This document shows positions 47,774 to 62,691 of a stretch of 64,000 nt of DNA, piece after piece; the stretch's first letter is position 1, and every line of letters starts with the position of its first letter. The stretch lies in assembly GCF_003334405.1 (NCBI RefSeq), contig NZ_QOWM01000017.1; one strand, given 5' to 3'. The notes under the pieces are model-generated. The model saw only the letters and a list, made by a program, of their open reading frames with translations, was not told the origin of the DNA and searched no databases. The position numbers and the translations under genes were made by a program. Origin of the DNA: Escherichia coli. Its GTDB lineage: Bacteria; Pseudomonadota; Gammaproteobacteria; Enterobacterales; Enterobacteriaceae.

Positions 47774-48784
47774 ATGACGACGATGCTGGAAGTGGCGAAG
47801 CGCGCCGGGGTTTCAAAAGCGACCGTTTCCCGCGTGCTTTCAGGTAATGGCTACGTCAGCCAGGAGACTAAAGATCGCGTGTTTCAGGCGGTAGAAGAGA
47901 GCGGTTACCGTCCAAACTTGCTGGCGCGCAATCTGTCGGCGAAGAGTACTCAGACGCTGGGGCTGGTAGTGACCAACACGCTTTACCACGGCATTTATTT
48001 TAGTGAATTACTCTTTCATGCCGCGCGAATGGCGGAAGAGAAAGGGCGGCAGTTGCTATTGGCAGATGGTAAACACAGCGCAGAAGAAGAGCGCCAGGCG
48101 ATTCAGTATCTGCTGGATCTGCGCTGCGACGCGATCATGATTTACCCGCGTTTTTTAAGCGTGGATGAGATCGATGACATCATTGACGCGCACAGTCAGC
48201 CGATAATGGTGCTTAATCGCCGCCTGCGCAAAAACAGCAGCCATAGCGTCTGGTGCGATCATAAACAGACCAGTTTTAACGCCGTGGCAGAGTTGATAAA
48301 CGCCGGGCATCAGGAGATTGCTTTCCTTACCGGCTCGATGGATTCCCCCACCAGCATTGAACGTCTTGCCGGGTATAAAGACGCGCTGGCGCAGCATGGT
48401 ATTGCGCTCAATGAAAAACTTATCGCTAACGGTAAATGGACGCCTGCCAGCGGGGCCGAAGGGGTAGAAATGTTGCTCGAACGTGGGGCTAAATTTAGCG
48501 CGTTAGTTGCCAGTAACGACGATATGGCGATAGGTGCGATGAAAGCGTTACACGAGCGCGGCGTAGCGGTGCCAGAGCAGGTGTCAGTTATCGGATTCGA
48601 TGATATCGCTATTGCCCCCTACACCGTTCCGGCGCTCTCCAGCGTAAAAATTCCGGTGACTGAGATGATTCAGGAAATTATTGGACGGCTGATTTTTATG
48701 CTCGATGGCGGGGATTTCTCACCGCCGAAAACCTTCAGCGGAAAACTGATCCGCCGCGACTCACTCATTGCTCCTTCGCGATAA
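47774..48784 (+). CDS. ascG: LacI/GalR-family repressor of the asc operon
   Basis: 336 aa from MTTMLEVAKRAGVSKATVSRVL (helix-turn-helix); divergent from ascF. Confidence 0.9.
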   Translation: MTTMLEVAKRAGVSKATVSRVLSGNGYVSQETKDRVFQAVEESGYRPNLLARNLSAKSTQTLGLVVTNTLYHGIYFSELLFHAARMAEEKGRQLLLADGKHSAEEERQAIQYLLDLRCDAIMIYPRFLSVDEIDDIIDAHSQPIMVLNRRLRKNSSHSVWCDHKQTSFNAVAELINAGHQEIAFLTGSMDSPTSIERLAGYKDALAQHGIALNEKLIANGKWTPASGAEGVEMLLERGAKFSALVASNDDMAIGAMKALHERGVAVPEQVSVIGFDDIAIAPYTVPALSSVKIPVTEMIQEIIGRLIFMLDGGDFSPPKTFSGKLIRRDSLIAPSR

Positions 48785-48797
48785 ACATTGTCATCAC

Positions 48798-48832
48798 ATG
48801 TCATCGTCACTAGTGTCGATGACATCGTTTTT
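48798..48832 (+). terminator. ascG rho-independent terminator
   Basis: atgtcatcg ... cgatgacat hairpin followed by cgttttt. Confidence 0.6.
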
Positions 48833-48932
48833 CCTGCATTACAGAAATTAATTTCCTTAAATAACAGTAAATTAAAAACTGGCATGATTTGTGAATGTAT
48901 CGGCGCATTAACTGTCATTGCTGGAGAATTTG

Positions 48933-49460
48933 ATGAACCGTTTCATCATTGCTGACGCGAGTAAATGTATTGGTTGCCGTACCTGTGAAGTAGCGTGCGT
49001 GGTTTCTCATCAGGAAAATCAGGACTGTGCATCGCTGACCCCGGAAACTTTTTTACCGCGTATCCATGTCATTAAAGGTGTGAACATTTCCACGGCGACA
49101 GTTTGCCGTCAGTGTGAAGATGCACCGTGCGCTAACGTCTGCCCGAATGGTGCTATCAGCCGTGATAAAGGGTTTGTTCATGTGATGCAGGAACGTTGCA
49201 TTGGTTGCAAAACCTGCGTTGTGGCTTGCCCGTATGGTGCGATGGAAGTGGTGGTACGTCCGGTGATCCGCAACAGCGGCGCGGGTCTGAATGTACGGGC
49301 TGACAAAGCCGAAGCCAATAAATGCGACCTGTGCAACCATCGTGAAGACGGCCCGGCGTGTATGGCGGCTTGCCCGACTCATGCGCTGATTTGTGTCGAT
49401 CGTAATAAACTTGAACAACTGAGCGCAGAAAAACGCCGCCGTACGGCGCTGATGTTCTAA
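48933..49460 (+). CDS. hydN: Electron-transfer 4Fe-4S ferredoxin HydN
   Basis: 175 aa from [22 protein letters not shown]; multiple ferredoxin Cys motifs. Confidence 0.95.
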
Positions 49461-49612
49461 AAATCTTACAGAACTGTTCTGGCATCAAAGGAATTCCCGG
49501 AAATATTCGTAGAATACGGAGCGGGCGGTATCGCCGACCTGTGACTGCCGGATGCGACGCTGTCGTGTCCGGCAGGGCGGGTTACGCAATTCATGATGGC
49601 GGGAATAACTCA

Positions 49613-51865
49613 ATGGCAAAAAACACATCTTGCGGTGTCCAACTGCGTATTCGTGGCAAAGTGCAGGGCGTCGGTTTTCGTCCGTTTGTCTGGCAGCTGG
49701 CACAGCAATTAAATCTTCACGGCGATGTCTGTAATGACGGCGATGGCGTAGAAGTCCGGCTGCGGGAAGACCCGGAAACGTTTCTTGTTCAATTGTATCA
49801 GCACTGCCCGCCGCTGGCGCGTATTGATAGCGTCGAGCGTGAGCCGTTTATCTGGTCACAACTGCCCACCGAGTTCACTATACGCCAGAGCACAGGCGGC
49901 ACCATGAATACGCAAATTGTTCCCGATGCCGCTACTTGCCCTGCTTGCCTTGCCGAAATGAATACCCCAGGCGAACGGCGTTATCGTTATCCGTTTATCA
50001 ACTGTACCCACTGCGGCCCGCGTTTCACCATTATTCGCGCCATGCCTTACGACCGCCCGTTTACCGTGATGGCGGCGTTTCCGCTATGTCCGGCCTGTGA
50101 CAAAGAGTACCGTGACCCGCTCGATCGTCGCTTCCACGCCCAGCCGGTGGCCTGCCCGGAGTGTGGCCCGCATCTTGAATGGGTAAGTCATGGTGAACAT
50201 GCGGAACAAGAGGCGGCATTACAGGCAGCTATCGCACAGTTAAAAATGGGCAAAATTGTCGCCATCAAAGGGATTGGCGGATTTCATCTTGCCTGCGATG
50301 CACGTAACAGTAACGCGGTGGCGACACTTCGGGCGCGCAAACATCGCCCGGCGAAACCGCTGGCGGTCATGTTGCCAGTGGCTGACGGTTTACCAGACGC
50401 TGCGCGCCAGTTGCTTACCACGCCCGCCGCGCCGATTGTGCTGGTGGATAAAAAATACGTTCCTGAGCTTTGTGATGATATCGCCCCTGACCTTAACGAA
50501 GTCGGGGTAATGTTGCCTGCGAACCCGCTCCAGCATTTGCTGTTACAGGAACTGCAATGCCCGCTGGTGATGACCTCCGGCAACCTGAGCGGTAAACCAC
50601 CAGCTATCAGCAACGAACAGGCGCTGGCGGATTTGCAGGGCATTGCCGACGGATTCTTGATACATAACCGCGACATCGTGCAGCGGATGGATGATTCGGT
50701 GGTGCGCGAAAGCGGCGAAATGCTGCGCCGTTCGCGGGGGTATGTGCCGGATGCGCTGGCTTTGCCTCCGGGCTTTAAAAATGTTCCGCCTGTGCTGTGT
50801 CTCGGCGCGGATCTGAAAAATACCTTCTGCCTGGTGCGCGGTGAACAAGCGGTGTTGAGTCAGCATCTGGGCGATTTAAGTGACGATGGCATCCAGATGC
50901 AGTGGCGCGAAGCGTTACGCCTGATGCAAAACATCTACGATTTTACCCCGCAATACGTTGTGCATGACGCGCATCCGGGCTATGTCTCCAGCCAGTGGGC
51001 GCGTGAAATGAATCTGCCGACGCAAACGGTACTGCATCATCATGCCCATGCAGCGGCGTGTCTGGCAGAGCATCAGTGGCCGCTGGATGGCGGTGATGTC
51101 ATTGCTTTGACGCTCGACGGTATCGGTATGGGGGAGAACGGCGCTTTGTGGGGCGGCGAGTGCCTGCGGGTGAACTATCGCGAATGTGAGCACCTGGGCG
51201 GCTTGCCTGCAGTGGCGCTTCCGGGTGGCGATTTGGCAGCGAAGCAGCCGTGGCGAAACCTGCTGGCGCAGTGCCTGCGCTTTGTGCCGGAGTGGCAGAA
51301 TTACTCTGAAACAGCAAGTGTGCAACAGCAAAACTGGAGCGTGCTGGCGCGGGCCATTGAGCGTGGAATTAACGCGCCGCTGGCGTCATCGTGTGGGCGT
51401 TTTTTCGATGCAGTGGCGGCGGCACTGGGCTGTGCGCCAGCCACGTTAAGTTATGAAGGTGAAGCGGCTTGTGCTCTGGAGGCGCTCGCAGCCTCATGCC
51501 ACGGAGTGACGCATCCGGTGACAATGCCGCGGGTGGACAATCAACTGGATCTCGCCACTTTCTGGCAGCAGTGGCTGAACTGGCAGGCACCGGTTAATCA
51601 ACGCGCGTGGGCGTTTCATGATGCGCTGGCGCAGGGTTTTGCCGCGTTGATGCGTGAGCAGGCCACGATGCGTGGTATCACTACGCTGGTATTTAGCGGC
51701 GGGGTTATTCATAACCGTTTGCTGCGTGCACGTCTGGCGCATTATCTCGCTGATTTCACATTGCTCTTTCCACAGAGTTTACCGGCGGGTGATGGCGGTT
51801 TGTCTCTGGGGCAGGGGGTTATTGCTGCGGCGCGTTGGTTAGCGGGTGAAGTCCAGAACGGATAA
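49613..51865 (+). CDS. hypF: Carbamoyltransferase HypF (hydrogenase maturation)
   Basis: 750 aa from [28 protein letters not shown] (acylphosphatase domain); two Zn-finger CxxC pairs; YrdC and Kae1-like domains. Confidence 0.95.
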
Positions 51866-51889
51866 AACGTGTTGCATTTGGACACCATT

Positions 51890-51970
<81 letters not shown>

Positions 51971-51992
51971 CATTTTAGGCACAGTAGCCCAC

Positions 51993-53126
51993 CTACATCG
52001 GCAATGTTTTCAACAATCCAAATGCCTCTTTCATCCGATCCTCACTGACCACAAAGGCGCGAAGCTGGTCAGCATCGTCAACGCCGCGCGCCACCATTCC
52101 CTGGCGTTCGGTATTAATTTGCCAGCGTAAATCCTGACGCTGGGTTTCGCCTGCCAGATGCAGCGGTAATTCCGGCGTTTTGATTTTCACCAGCATCGCC
52201 GGGAGTTTCAGCGGCGTGTTATTGCCGAGAAGATTTTTTGCCAGCACCATCGCGCTAAGTTGAATCGGCTGGAGGAACGGCAATACCTGACCGTTAATTT
52301 CCGCGCAATCGCCCAGCGCGTAAATATCGGTATTACTGGTTTGCAGATAACTATCGACGCAAACGCCGCGATTAATCGTCAGCCCGGCGCGTCGTGCCAG
52401 GGCGGTTTCCGGGCGCAGTCCGGTGGCGGCAATTACCGCATCCACTTCGATGCTACGCTGGCGGTCCAGCGTTGCCAGAATGCCAGAATCCGTTTTTTCC
52501 AGCCCCTGCAACTGAGATTTCAACAGCAGATGAACACCCATCTCCGTCAACCGATGCTGCAAGCGGCTGCTTACTTCCGGTGGCATTAACGACGCCAGAA
52601 TACTGGCAGCGTTGTCGATTAGCGTGACCGCTTTGCCTGCACGACAAAAATCCATCGCCAGTTCGCTACCAATCAAACCACCGCCAACAATCAACACGCG
52701 TCGGGCATCCCGCAGTTGCGTTTCACAGGCGCGATACTCTTGCTGACTATTTAACGTCAGCATTAACTCACGCCCAGGCACAGGCGGGACAAAGGCGCTG
52801 GCACCGGTTGCCAGCACTAACTTGTCGTATTGCCACTGATTATTCTGGCTTTTCACCACATGGGCTTCGGCATCGATATCCGTCACCCAGGTGTGCGGAA
52901 ACAGGCGCAGATTAAACTGCTCGGCAAATTCACCCGCCGTCTGGCGGGTAAGGTCGTCGGCACGTTGCCCCTGACTGATAACATGGCTGAGGTCAGGTTT
53001 GTTGTACTCATCTATGCTGTCGGCGGCAATCAAGGTTAATGGAATAGTGGCGTCCTGTTTGCGAATATTTTTCACCAGTTGTCGGGCGGCGAAGCCCGAA
53101 CCAATGATCACAATGCCGTTGCTCAT
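51993..53126 (-). CDS. norW: NADH:flavorubredoxin oxidoreductase
   Basis: 377 aa; FAD/NAD Rossmann motifs ([21 protein letters not shown]). Confidence 0.95.
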   Translation of the reverse strand: MSNGIVIIGSGFAARQLVKNIRKQDATIPLTLIAADSIDEYNKPDLSHVISQGQRADDLTRQTAGEFAEQFNLRLFPHTWVTDIDAEAHVVKSQNNQWQYDKLVLATGASAFVPPVPGRELMLTLNSQQEYRACETQLRDARRVLIVGGGLIGSELAMDFCRAGKAVTLIDNAASILASLMPPEVSSRLQHRLTEMGVHLLLKSQLQGLEKTDSGILATLDRQRSIEVDAVIAATGLRPETALARRAGLTINRGVCVDSYLQTSNTDIYALGDCAEINGQVLPFLQPIQLSAMVLAKNLLGNNTPLKLPAMLVKIKTPELPLHLAGETQRQDLRWQINTERQGMVARGVDDADQLRAFVVSEDRMKEAFGLLKTLPM

Positions 53127-54562
53127 TTTGCCTCCGATGCCAGTTCGTCAAAGACGTCTTTGCCGAGGGAGCATTCCGGGCACAGGAAGTTATCCGGGAC
53201 TTCACTCCACGGCGTTCCTGGTGCAACGTCCTGCATTGGCTCGCCTTTTGCCGGATCGTAAATCCACCGGCAGACGCTGCACTGCATCCGTGGGCCGAGG
53301 TCAGCCGTCGTGGCGGCAGAGGTTTCTTCTTTAACTACCGTATTCACCGTGCTCTGCGGCAGCGGCGCGAGCGCCCACTGACGGGCGATTTCGCGACCGT
53401 GTTCACGGCATAACTCCAGAGCGTCCTGGTCTGGTCGCCATTTGGCTTTCAGGCTGAGCGACATTTCGAAACCCGCATCCTGCAGGCGCGTGGAAAGACG
53501 ATCCACCGCACCGCCGCTCCAGCCGTGAGAGCCGAAAGCACTGGCGCGTTTGTTACGGAAGCGTAAACCAGTCATCTCCTCCACCAGCCCGGCGATTTTC
53601 GGCATCATCACGTTATTCATCGTCGAAGTGCCGACCAGCACGCCTTTTGAGCGGAAGACATTGGTCAGGATTTCGTTTTTATCGCTTCGGGCGACGTTGA
53701 AAATTTTCACCGCCACGCGTGGGTCGGTTTCCGCAATCCCCTGGGCGATAGCGTCAGCCATCATGCGGGTGTTATTCGACATGGTGTCGTAGAAAATGGT
53801 GATTCTGTCTTCCTGATAATCAGCCGCCCATTTCAGGTACAGCTCGACAATTTGCGTCGGGTTATCGCGCCAGACCACGCCGTGGGAGGTCGCTATCATA
53901 TCGACTGGTAAGTTAAAGCCCAGGATCTCGGTAATTTTCGGCGTTACCAGGCGGCTGAACGGCGTCAGGATATTGGCGTAGTAACGCTGGCACTGCTCGA
54001 AAAGCTCCGTCTGATCCACTTCATCGTTGAACAGATGCTCGTCACAGTAGTGCTGACCGAAAGCATCGTTACTGAACAGCACCGCGTCGCCTGTCAGGTA
54101 AGTCATCATGCTGTCCGGCCAGTGCAGCATTGGTGTTTCGACAAAAATGAGCTGTTTGCCGTTGCCGATATCCAGCGTGTCGCCAGTTTTCACCACATTA
54201 AAATTCCACTCCGGATGATGGTGATGACCATTTATCGAGTCGATAGCGTTGGCAGTACAGTAGATCGGCGTATCGGGAATTTGTGCCATCAGTTCGGTCA
54301 GCGCCCCAGCGTGGTCCTCTTCTGCATGGTTAATCACGATGTAATCGATATCCGCCAGATCGATTTCATTACGCAGGTTCTGCACAAATTCGCGGCTGAA
54401 TTTATGGTCGACGGTGTCGATCAGCACGTTTTTTTCTTCGCGGATGAGGTAGCTATTGTAGCTGCTGCCGCGCAGCGTTTTATATTCCGTGCCGTGAAAA
54501 TCACGCACTTCCCAGTCACGTTGACCAACCCAATGAATGTTATTTTTCACCACAATAGACAT
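53123..54562 (-). CDS. norV: Anaerobic nitric oxide reductase flavorubredoxin
   Basis: 479 aa; metallo-beta-lactamase-like and flavodoxin domains; C-terminal rubredoxin CxxC...CPxC. Confidence 0.95.
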   Translation of the reverse strand: MSIVVKNNIHWVGQRDWEVRDFHGTEYKTLRGSSYNSYLIREEKNVLIDTVDHKFSREFVQNLRNEIDLADIDYIVINHAEEDHAGALTELMAQIPDTPIYCTANAIDSINGHHHHPEWNFNVVKTGDTLDIGNGKQLIFVETPMLHWPDSMMTYLTGDAVLFSNDAFGQHYCDEHLFNDEVDQTELFEQCQRYYANILTPFSRLVTPKITEILGFNLPVDMIATSHGVVWRDNPTQIVELYLKWAADYQEDRITIFYDTMSNNTRMMADAIAQGIAETDPRVAVKIFNVARSDKNEILTNVFRSKGVLVGTSTMNNVMMPKIAGLVEEMTGLRFRNKRASAFGSHGWSGGAVDRLSTRLQDAGFEMSLSLKAKWRPDQDALELCREHGREIARQWALAPLPQSTVNTVVKEETSAATTADLGPRMQCSVCRWIYDPAKGEPMQDVAPGTPWSEVPDNFLCPECSLGKDVFDELASEAK

Positions 54563-54609
54563 AGCAACCTCAATTTATTCAGCGTGTTCTAAAAAGATGT
54601 CTTGCTAAT

Positions 54610-54625
54610 TGCAGATTGCGTGCCA
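54610..54625 (-). promoter_or_regulatory. Sigma-54 promoter of norVW (-24/-12)
   Basis: Minus-strand TGGCACG-caat-CTGCA (plus strand tgcagattgcgtgcca), about 50 bp upstream of the norV start. Confidence 0.7.
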
Positions 54626-54680
54626 GTTTTTTATCTGATTGTTTTTACTCTATAAATAAAATTATGCCCATTAATGAGTA

Positions 54681-54736
54681 GTCAAAATGACTATCAATCA
54701 AATGGTCGATATGACAATATCTATAGTCAAATTGAC
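54681..54736. promoter_or_regulatory. Three NorR enhancer-binding sites (GT-N7-AC palindromes)
   Basis: GTCAaaaTGAC (54681-54691), GTCGataTGAC (54705-54715), GTCAaatTGAC (54726-54736) in the norR-norV intergenic region. Confidence 0.8.
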
Positions 54737-54748
54737 AGTGAGGCAAAG

Positions 54749-56263
54749 ATGAGTTTTTCCGTTGATGTGCTGGCGAATATCGCCATCGAATTGCAGCGTG
54801 GGATTGGTCACCAGGATCGTTTTCAGCGCCTGATCACCACGCTACGTCAGGTGCTGGAGTGCGATGCGTCTGCGTTGCTACGTTACGATTCGCGGCAGTT
54901 TATTCCGCTTGCCATCGACGGTCTGGCAAAGGATGTACTCGGTAGACGCTTTGCGCTGGAAGGGCATCCACGGCTGGAAGCGATTGCCCGCGCCGGGGAT
55001 GTGGTGCGCTTTCCCGCAGACAGCGAATTGCCCGATCCCTATGACGGTTTGATTCCTGGGCAGGAGAGTCTGAAGGTTCACGCCTGCGTTGGTCTGCCAT
55101 TGTTTGCCGGGCAAAACCTGATCGGCGCACTGACGCTCGACGGGATGCAGCCCGATCAGTTCGATGTTTTCAGCGACGAAGAGCTACGGCTGATTGCTGC
55201 GCTGGCGGCGGGAGCGTTAAGCAATGCGTTGCTGATTGAACAACTGGAAAGCCAGAATATGCTGCCAGGCGATGCCACGCCGTTTGAAGCGGTGAAACAG
55301 ACGCAGATGATTGGCTTGTCCCCTGGCATGACGCAACTGAAAAAAGAGATTGAGATTGTGGCGGCGTCCGATCTCAACGTCCTGATCAGCGGTGAGACTG
55401 GAACCGGTAAGGAGCTGGTGGCGAAAGCGATTCATGAAGCCTCGCCACGGGCGGTGAATCCGCTGGTCTATCTCAACTGTGCTGCACTGCCGGAAAGTGT
55501 GGCGGAAAGTGAGTTGTTCGGGCATGTGAAAGGAGCGTTTACTGGCGCTATCAGTAATCGCAGCGGGAAGTTTGAAATGGCGGATAACGGCACGCTGTTT
55601 CTGGATGAGATCGGCGAGTTGTCGTTGGCATTGCAGGCCAAGCTGCTGAGGGTGTTGCAGTATGGCGATATTCAGCGCGTTGGCGATGACCGTTGTTTGC
55701 GGGTCGATGTGCGCGTGCTGGCGGCGACTAACCGCGATTTACGCGAAGAGGTGCTGGCAGGGCGATTCCGCGCCGATTTGTTTCATCGCCTGAGCGTGTT
55801 TCCACTTTCGGTGCCGCCGCTGCGTGAGCGGGGCGATGATGTCATTCTGCTGGCGGGGTATTTCTGCGAGCAGTGTCGTTTGCGGCAGGGGCTCTCCCGC
55901 GTGGTATTAAGTGCCGGAGCGCGAAATTTACTGCAACACTACAGTTTTCCGGGAAACGTGCGCGAACTGGAACATGCTATTCATCGGGCGGTAGTTCTGG
56001 CGAGAGCCACCCGCAGCGGCGATGAAGTGATTCTTGAGGCGCAACATTTTGCTTTTCCTGAGGTGACGTTGCCGACGCCAGAAGTGGCGGCGGTGCCCGT
56101 TGTTAAGCAAAACCTGCGTGAAGCGACAGAAGCGTTCCAGCGTGAAACTATTCGTCAGGCACTGGCACAAAATCATCACAACTGGGCTGCCTGCGCGCGG
56201 ATGCTGGAAACCGACGTCGCCAACCTGCATCGGCTGGCGAAACGTCTGGGATTGAAGGATTAA
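54749..56263 (+). CDS. norR: NO-responsive sigma-54-dependent activator NorR
   Basis: 504 aa from [15 protein letters not shown] domain, AAA+ ([14 protein letters not shown]), C-terminal helix-turn-helix. The ORF-track start at 54674 would overlap the NorR sites. Confidence 0.95.
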   Translation: MSFSVDVLANIAIELQRGIGHQDRFQRLITTLRQVLECDASALLRYDSRQFIPLAIDGLAKDVLGRRFALEGHPRLEAIARAGDVVRFPADSELPDPYDGLIPGQESLKVHACVGLPLFAGQNLIGALTLDGMQPDQFDVFSDEELRLIAALAAGALSNALLIEQLESQNMLPGDATPFEAVKQTQMIGLSPGMTQLKKEIEIVAASDLNVLISGETGTGKELVAKAIHEASPRAVNPLVYLNCAALPESVAESELFGHVKGAFTGAISNRSGKFEMADNGTLFLDEIGELSLALQAKLLRVLQYGDIQRVGDDRCLRVDVRVLAATNRDLREEVLAGRFRADLFHRLSVFPLSVPPLRERGDDVILLAGYFCEQCRLRQGLSRVVLSAGARNLLQHYSFPGNVRELEHAIHRAVVLARATRSGDEVILEAQHFAFPEVTLPTPEVAAVPVVKQNLREATEAFQRETIRQALAQNHHNWAACARMLETDVANLHRLAKRLGLKD

Positions 56264-57225
56264 ATAATCCCGGCCTGATAGAAATCCTGCAGGTTTATTG
56301 CGCCGGTGAGTTTGCCGTTTTCATCCACCACCGGTGCGGCAGTGATTTTGCGCTTCATCAGGATCTCTTTGGCGTCGATGGCGCGACTTTGCGATTGCAA
56401 CGTGGTGCCGCCGACCGTCATCGCTTCATTGACTGGCGTGGTGAGTGCGCCGCCGCCAACCAGCCAGCGACGTAAATCGCCGTCGGTAAAGACGCCTTGT
56501 ACCTGTTGTTGAGCGTCACATACCGCCACCAGCCCCAGACCGGTGCGGCTGAGTTCCAGCATCGCATCCATCACGCTGGCGGTTAACGCCACCTGTGGGA
56601 TGGCATCGTCACGGCGCATCAGATGATGCACTTTATTCAGCAAGCGAGCGCCCAGTGCCCCGGCTGGGTGGGAGCGGGCAAAATCTTCTTCATTAAATCC
56701 GCGCGCCTGCATGACCGCCATCGCCAGCGCGTCACCCATCATCAGGGTATTGACGGTGCTGGAGGTCGGCGCAAGGTGCATCGGGCAGGCTTCGCGTTCT
56801 ACGGAGATATCCAGCACCGCTTTTGCCGCCAGGCCCAGCGGTGACGTCGGTTTGCCGGTCATCGCCAGCAGCGCGATAGATTTATCTTCCAGACGCGGAA
56901 TAATCAGATCCAGTTCCTTCGCGCCACCGGAGTAAGAGATAAACAGCATCACATCGCGGCTTTCGATCATCCCCAGATCGCCGTGCAGCGCTTCTGCCGG
57001 ATGGACAAAAAAAGCCGGAGTGCCGGTACTGGCAAGCGTTGCGGCGATTTTCTTACCAATGTGGCCCGATTTGCCAATTCCCGAAACCACCACTTTGCCT
57101 TCACAGTGCAGGATGATATTGGCGGCGCGAACAAAATCATCGCCCAGACGTTCCGGTAAACGGCTTGCTTCCTGCAACTCCAGCATTAACGTCTGACGTC
57201 CCGCGTTCAGTAGTGCTTCACTCAT
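56260..57225 (-). CDS. gutQ: D-arabinose 5-phosphate isomerase (SIS plus CBS domains)
   Basis: 321-aa ORF; synteny. Confidence 0.9.
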
Positions 57226-57991
57226 TGCTCTCTCCGGTTATGATCACATCGATCCCTTTCTCTTCCAGCGCCTGACGAAACGCCGGATCGATACCTGCGT
57301 CGGTAATCAGCTTATCGACGCTTTCAAGACTGCAAACTACGTTGGGGCTTTTACGGCCAAACTTTGATGAGTCCGCCATCAAAATCACTTCGCGCGCGGC
57401 ATTGCACATTGCCTTACTGACGGTATAAACCTCGTTAAAGGTGGTTACGCCCGCATTGAGATCGATGCCGTCGGTGCCCATAAACAATTTATCGAAGGTG
57501 AAATGCTCGAAGGCATTCTCTGCCAGTTGCCCGTGAAATGAGGCCGATTTTTTGCGAAACGTTCCGCCTGGCATCAGGATAGTTTGTTCGTTATCCAGTT
57601 CGGATAGCGCATTGACGATATGCAGGCTGTTGGTCATCACCGTGATGTTATTAAAGCGCGAGAGCAGGGGAACCATCTGCAAAACGGTACTGCCAGCATC
57701 AAGAATGATCGAATCGCCATCATGGATAAAACTAACGGCAGCTTCTGCAATCAGCTCTTTCTTGTGGGTGTTGATGAGTGTTTTATGATCGATAGGCGGA
57801 TCGGATTCCTCTTTATTCAACACCACTCCGCCATAAGTACGAATGACGGTTCCGGCATGTTCCAGAATGACCAGATCTTTGCGAATGGTTGTGCCTGTGG
57901 TGTCAAAGTATTGCGCCAATTCTTCAACCGAGCATTTACCCTGCTTTTGCAGATACTCCAGAATGGCGGCCTGACGCTGACGAGGTTTCAT
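57218..57991 (-). CDS. srlR: DeoR-family glucitol operon repressor
   Basis: 257 aa; N-terminal helix-turn-helix. Confidence 0.95.
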
Positions 57992-58057
57992 GGGCGTGAT
58001 TACCTGATTTAGGTTTCAAAATGATAACTTCGCAAGCAAGTAACATTCACAACGAAA

Positions 58058-58417
58058 TTATCCACGTTTCAGTTTAAGCGCCAATGATAGAGCATTCTGT
58101 GATAGTGGATCATGGGGAAAGATCACATCGGGCTGTAAATCACCCGCATGCATACCGGTAATTGCGGGAATTTTTTGCGGTCGGGCGAAGACGGTCAGTC
58201 CTTTCATAAACAAGGTGTCGACGATGCGCTGCTGATCGTCCAGCGCGATGGCGACCACGACCCGCGGTTTAAAGCGCCCGCTGGAACGGCCCACGCCAAC
58301 CCGCCCTTGCTGGCATAGTGTGTCGAAGGCACGGTTAAAACGAGAAATTTGCCAGCCGCCTAAGGCCAGTTGCGCACACCAGGCGATAACGGCGACGGTG
58401 ATGAGTGCGGATACCAT
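58058..58417 (-). CDS. gutM: Glucitol operon activator GutM
   Basis: 119-aa ORF; synteny. Confidence 0.9.
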   Translation of the reverse strand: MVSALITVAVIAWCAQLALGGWQISRFNRAFDTLCQQGRVGVGRSSGRFKPRVVVAIALDDQQRIVDTLFMKGLTVFARPQKIPAITGMHAGDLQPDVIFPHDPLSQNALSLALKLKRG

Positions 58418-58450
58418 AACTTTTCCTTAATGTAGTGGCGGAAGTCCTGT

Positions 58451-58479
58451 ATGCCTGATGAGCGTAGCGCATCAGGCAT
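58451..58479. repeat. REP-like palindrome in the gutM-srlD intergenic region
   Basis: atgcctgatgagcgtagcgcatcaggcat. Confidence 0.6.
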
Positions 58480-58521
58480 TCTATAGTCTCACGGAGATCC
58501 TTAATGGATCTCCGCTGTTGA

Positions 58522-59676
<1,155 letters not shown>

Positions 59677-59686
59677 GTTTCAGCCT

Positions 59687-61224
<1,538 letters not shown>

Positions 61225-61461
61225 TTATTGTTTTATTACCAAACGGCAACCTAATCTAATCAGATTGAAAGATTTAAAAGTGTTATTTTGATCGCAAAAT
61301 GAAAGATAAATATTTTAATTTGAAAGTTTGAATAAAAGGATAGCGAGGGGAATGAGTTGAGTTATGTAAAGTCCGTATCGGGCAGTGACTACCGCTTCCT
61401 TGTGCGGGGCGTGATGCTTTACCATACTTGCCCCTGGTTGAATCTGTTAAATGGACCCCTC

Positions 61462-62547
61462 ATGTTCAAGCGTCGTTATGTAACATTGCTTCCCCTTTTT
61501 GTGTTGCTTGCCGCCTGTAGCAGCAAGCCAAAACCTACTGAGACTGATACGACCACCGGAACGCCGTCTGGCGGCTTCCTGCTTGAGCCGCAGCACAATG
61601 TGATGCAGATGGGCGGCGATTTCGCTAATAACCCGAATGCCCAGCAGTTCATCGACAAAATGGTGAACAAACACGGTTTCGATCGTCAGCAGTTGCAGGA
61701 AATTCTCTCCCAGGCGAAGCGTCTGGATTCGGTACTGCGGCTGATGGATAACCAGGCACCAACCACATCGGTGAAACCGCCATCAGGTCCGAACGGCGCA
61801 TGGCTCCGTTATCGCAAAAAATTTATTACGCCGGACAACGTGCAGAACGGTGTGGTTTTCTGGAATCAGTATGAAGATGCGTTGAATCGCGCGTGGCAGG
61901 TGTATGGAGTACCGCCGGAAATTATCGTCGGGATTATCGGCGTTGAAACCCGCTGGGGGCGCGTGATGGGGAAAACTCGCATCCTCGATGCGCTGGCAAC
62001 GCTGTCATTTAACTACCCACGCCGCGCGGAGTATTTCTCTGGCGAGCTGGAAACCTTCCTGTTGATGGCGCGCGACGAGCAGGACGATCCGCTCAATCTG
62101 AAAGGTTCCTTTGCCGGGGCGATGGGCTACGGACAGTTTATGCCGTCGTCTTACAAACAATATGCGGTAGATTTCAGCGGCGACGGGCATATCAACCTGT
62201 GGGATCCGGTTGATGCGATCGGTAGCGTGGCGAACTATTTCAAAGCGCACGGCTGGGTGAAAGGCGATCAGGTCGCGGTAATGGCAAACGGTCAGGCTCC
62301 AGGCTTGCCAAATGGCTTCAAAACTAAGTACAGCATTTCGCAGCTTGCCGCCGCAGGTTTAACGCCACAGCAGCCGCTGGGCAACCATCAACAAGCCAGC
62401 CTGCTGCGTCTGGATGTTGGCACCGGCTACCAGTACTGGTACGGTCTGCCGAACTTCTACACCATCACCCGTTACAACCACAGCACCCATTACGCAATGG
62501 CGGTCTGGCAGTTAGGACAAGCCGTGGCGCTGGCGCGAGTACAGTAG
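61462..62547 (+). CDS. mltB: Membrane-bound lytic murein transglycosylase B (lipoprotein)
   Basis: 361 aa from MFKRRYVTLLPLFVLLAACSS (lipobox LAAC). Confidence 0.95.
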   Translation: MFKRRYVTLLPLFVLLAACSSKPKPTETDTTTGTPSGGFLLEPQHNVMQMGGDFANNPNAQQFIDKMVNKHGFDRQQLQEILSQAKRLDSVLRLMDNQAPTTSVKPPSGPNGAWLRYRKKFITPDNVQNGVVFWNQYEDALNRAWQVYGVPPEIIVGIIGVETRWGRVMGKTRILDALATLSFNYPRRAEYFSGELETFLLMARDEQDDPLNLKGSFAGAMGYGQFMPSSYKQYAVDFSGDGHINLWDPVDAIGSVANYFKAHGWVKGDQVAVMANGQAPGLPNGFKTKYSISQLAAAGLTPQQPLGNHQQASLLRLDVGTGYQYWYGLPNFYTITRYNHSTHYAMAVWQLGQAVALARVQ

Positions 62548-62691
62548 CTATTTACAAGAGGGGGGCGTGAGCTTCCCTCTGGCTAATCAGCTTTTTTCTG
62601 AATCCTCCTCGTAAAATTGCAACGCCAACACCATCTTCCTGACGAAAGTGCTATCTTGTCCGGCATAAATTTTTGACTGACAGAGGTTGTG

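Noticed and set aside
54674-54748. Longer N-terminal ORF-track starts for norR (54674), hypF (49541), mltB (61357), ascG (47708), ascB (46060), fhlA (32736) and surE (16718)
   Set aside because: The internal starts give canonical protein lengths and N-termini (signal peptide or lipobox, conserved motifs) and avoid overlapping regulatory sites.
58492-58514. Perfect 9-bp stem hairpin (cggagatcc-ttaat-ggatctccg) after srlD
   Set aside because: It is not followed by a T-tract on the srlD (minus) strand, so it is not confidently an intrinsic terminator; it may be a processing site or part of the adjacent REP-like element.
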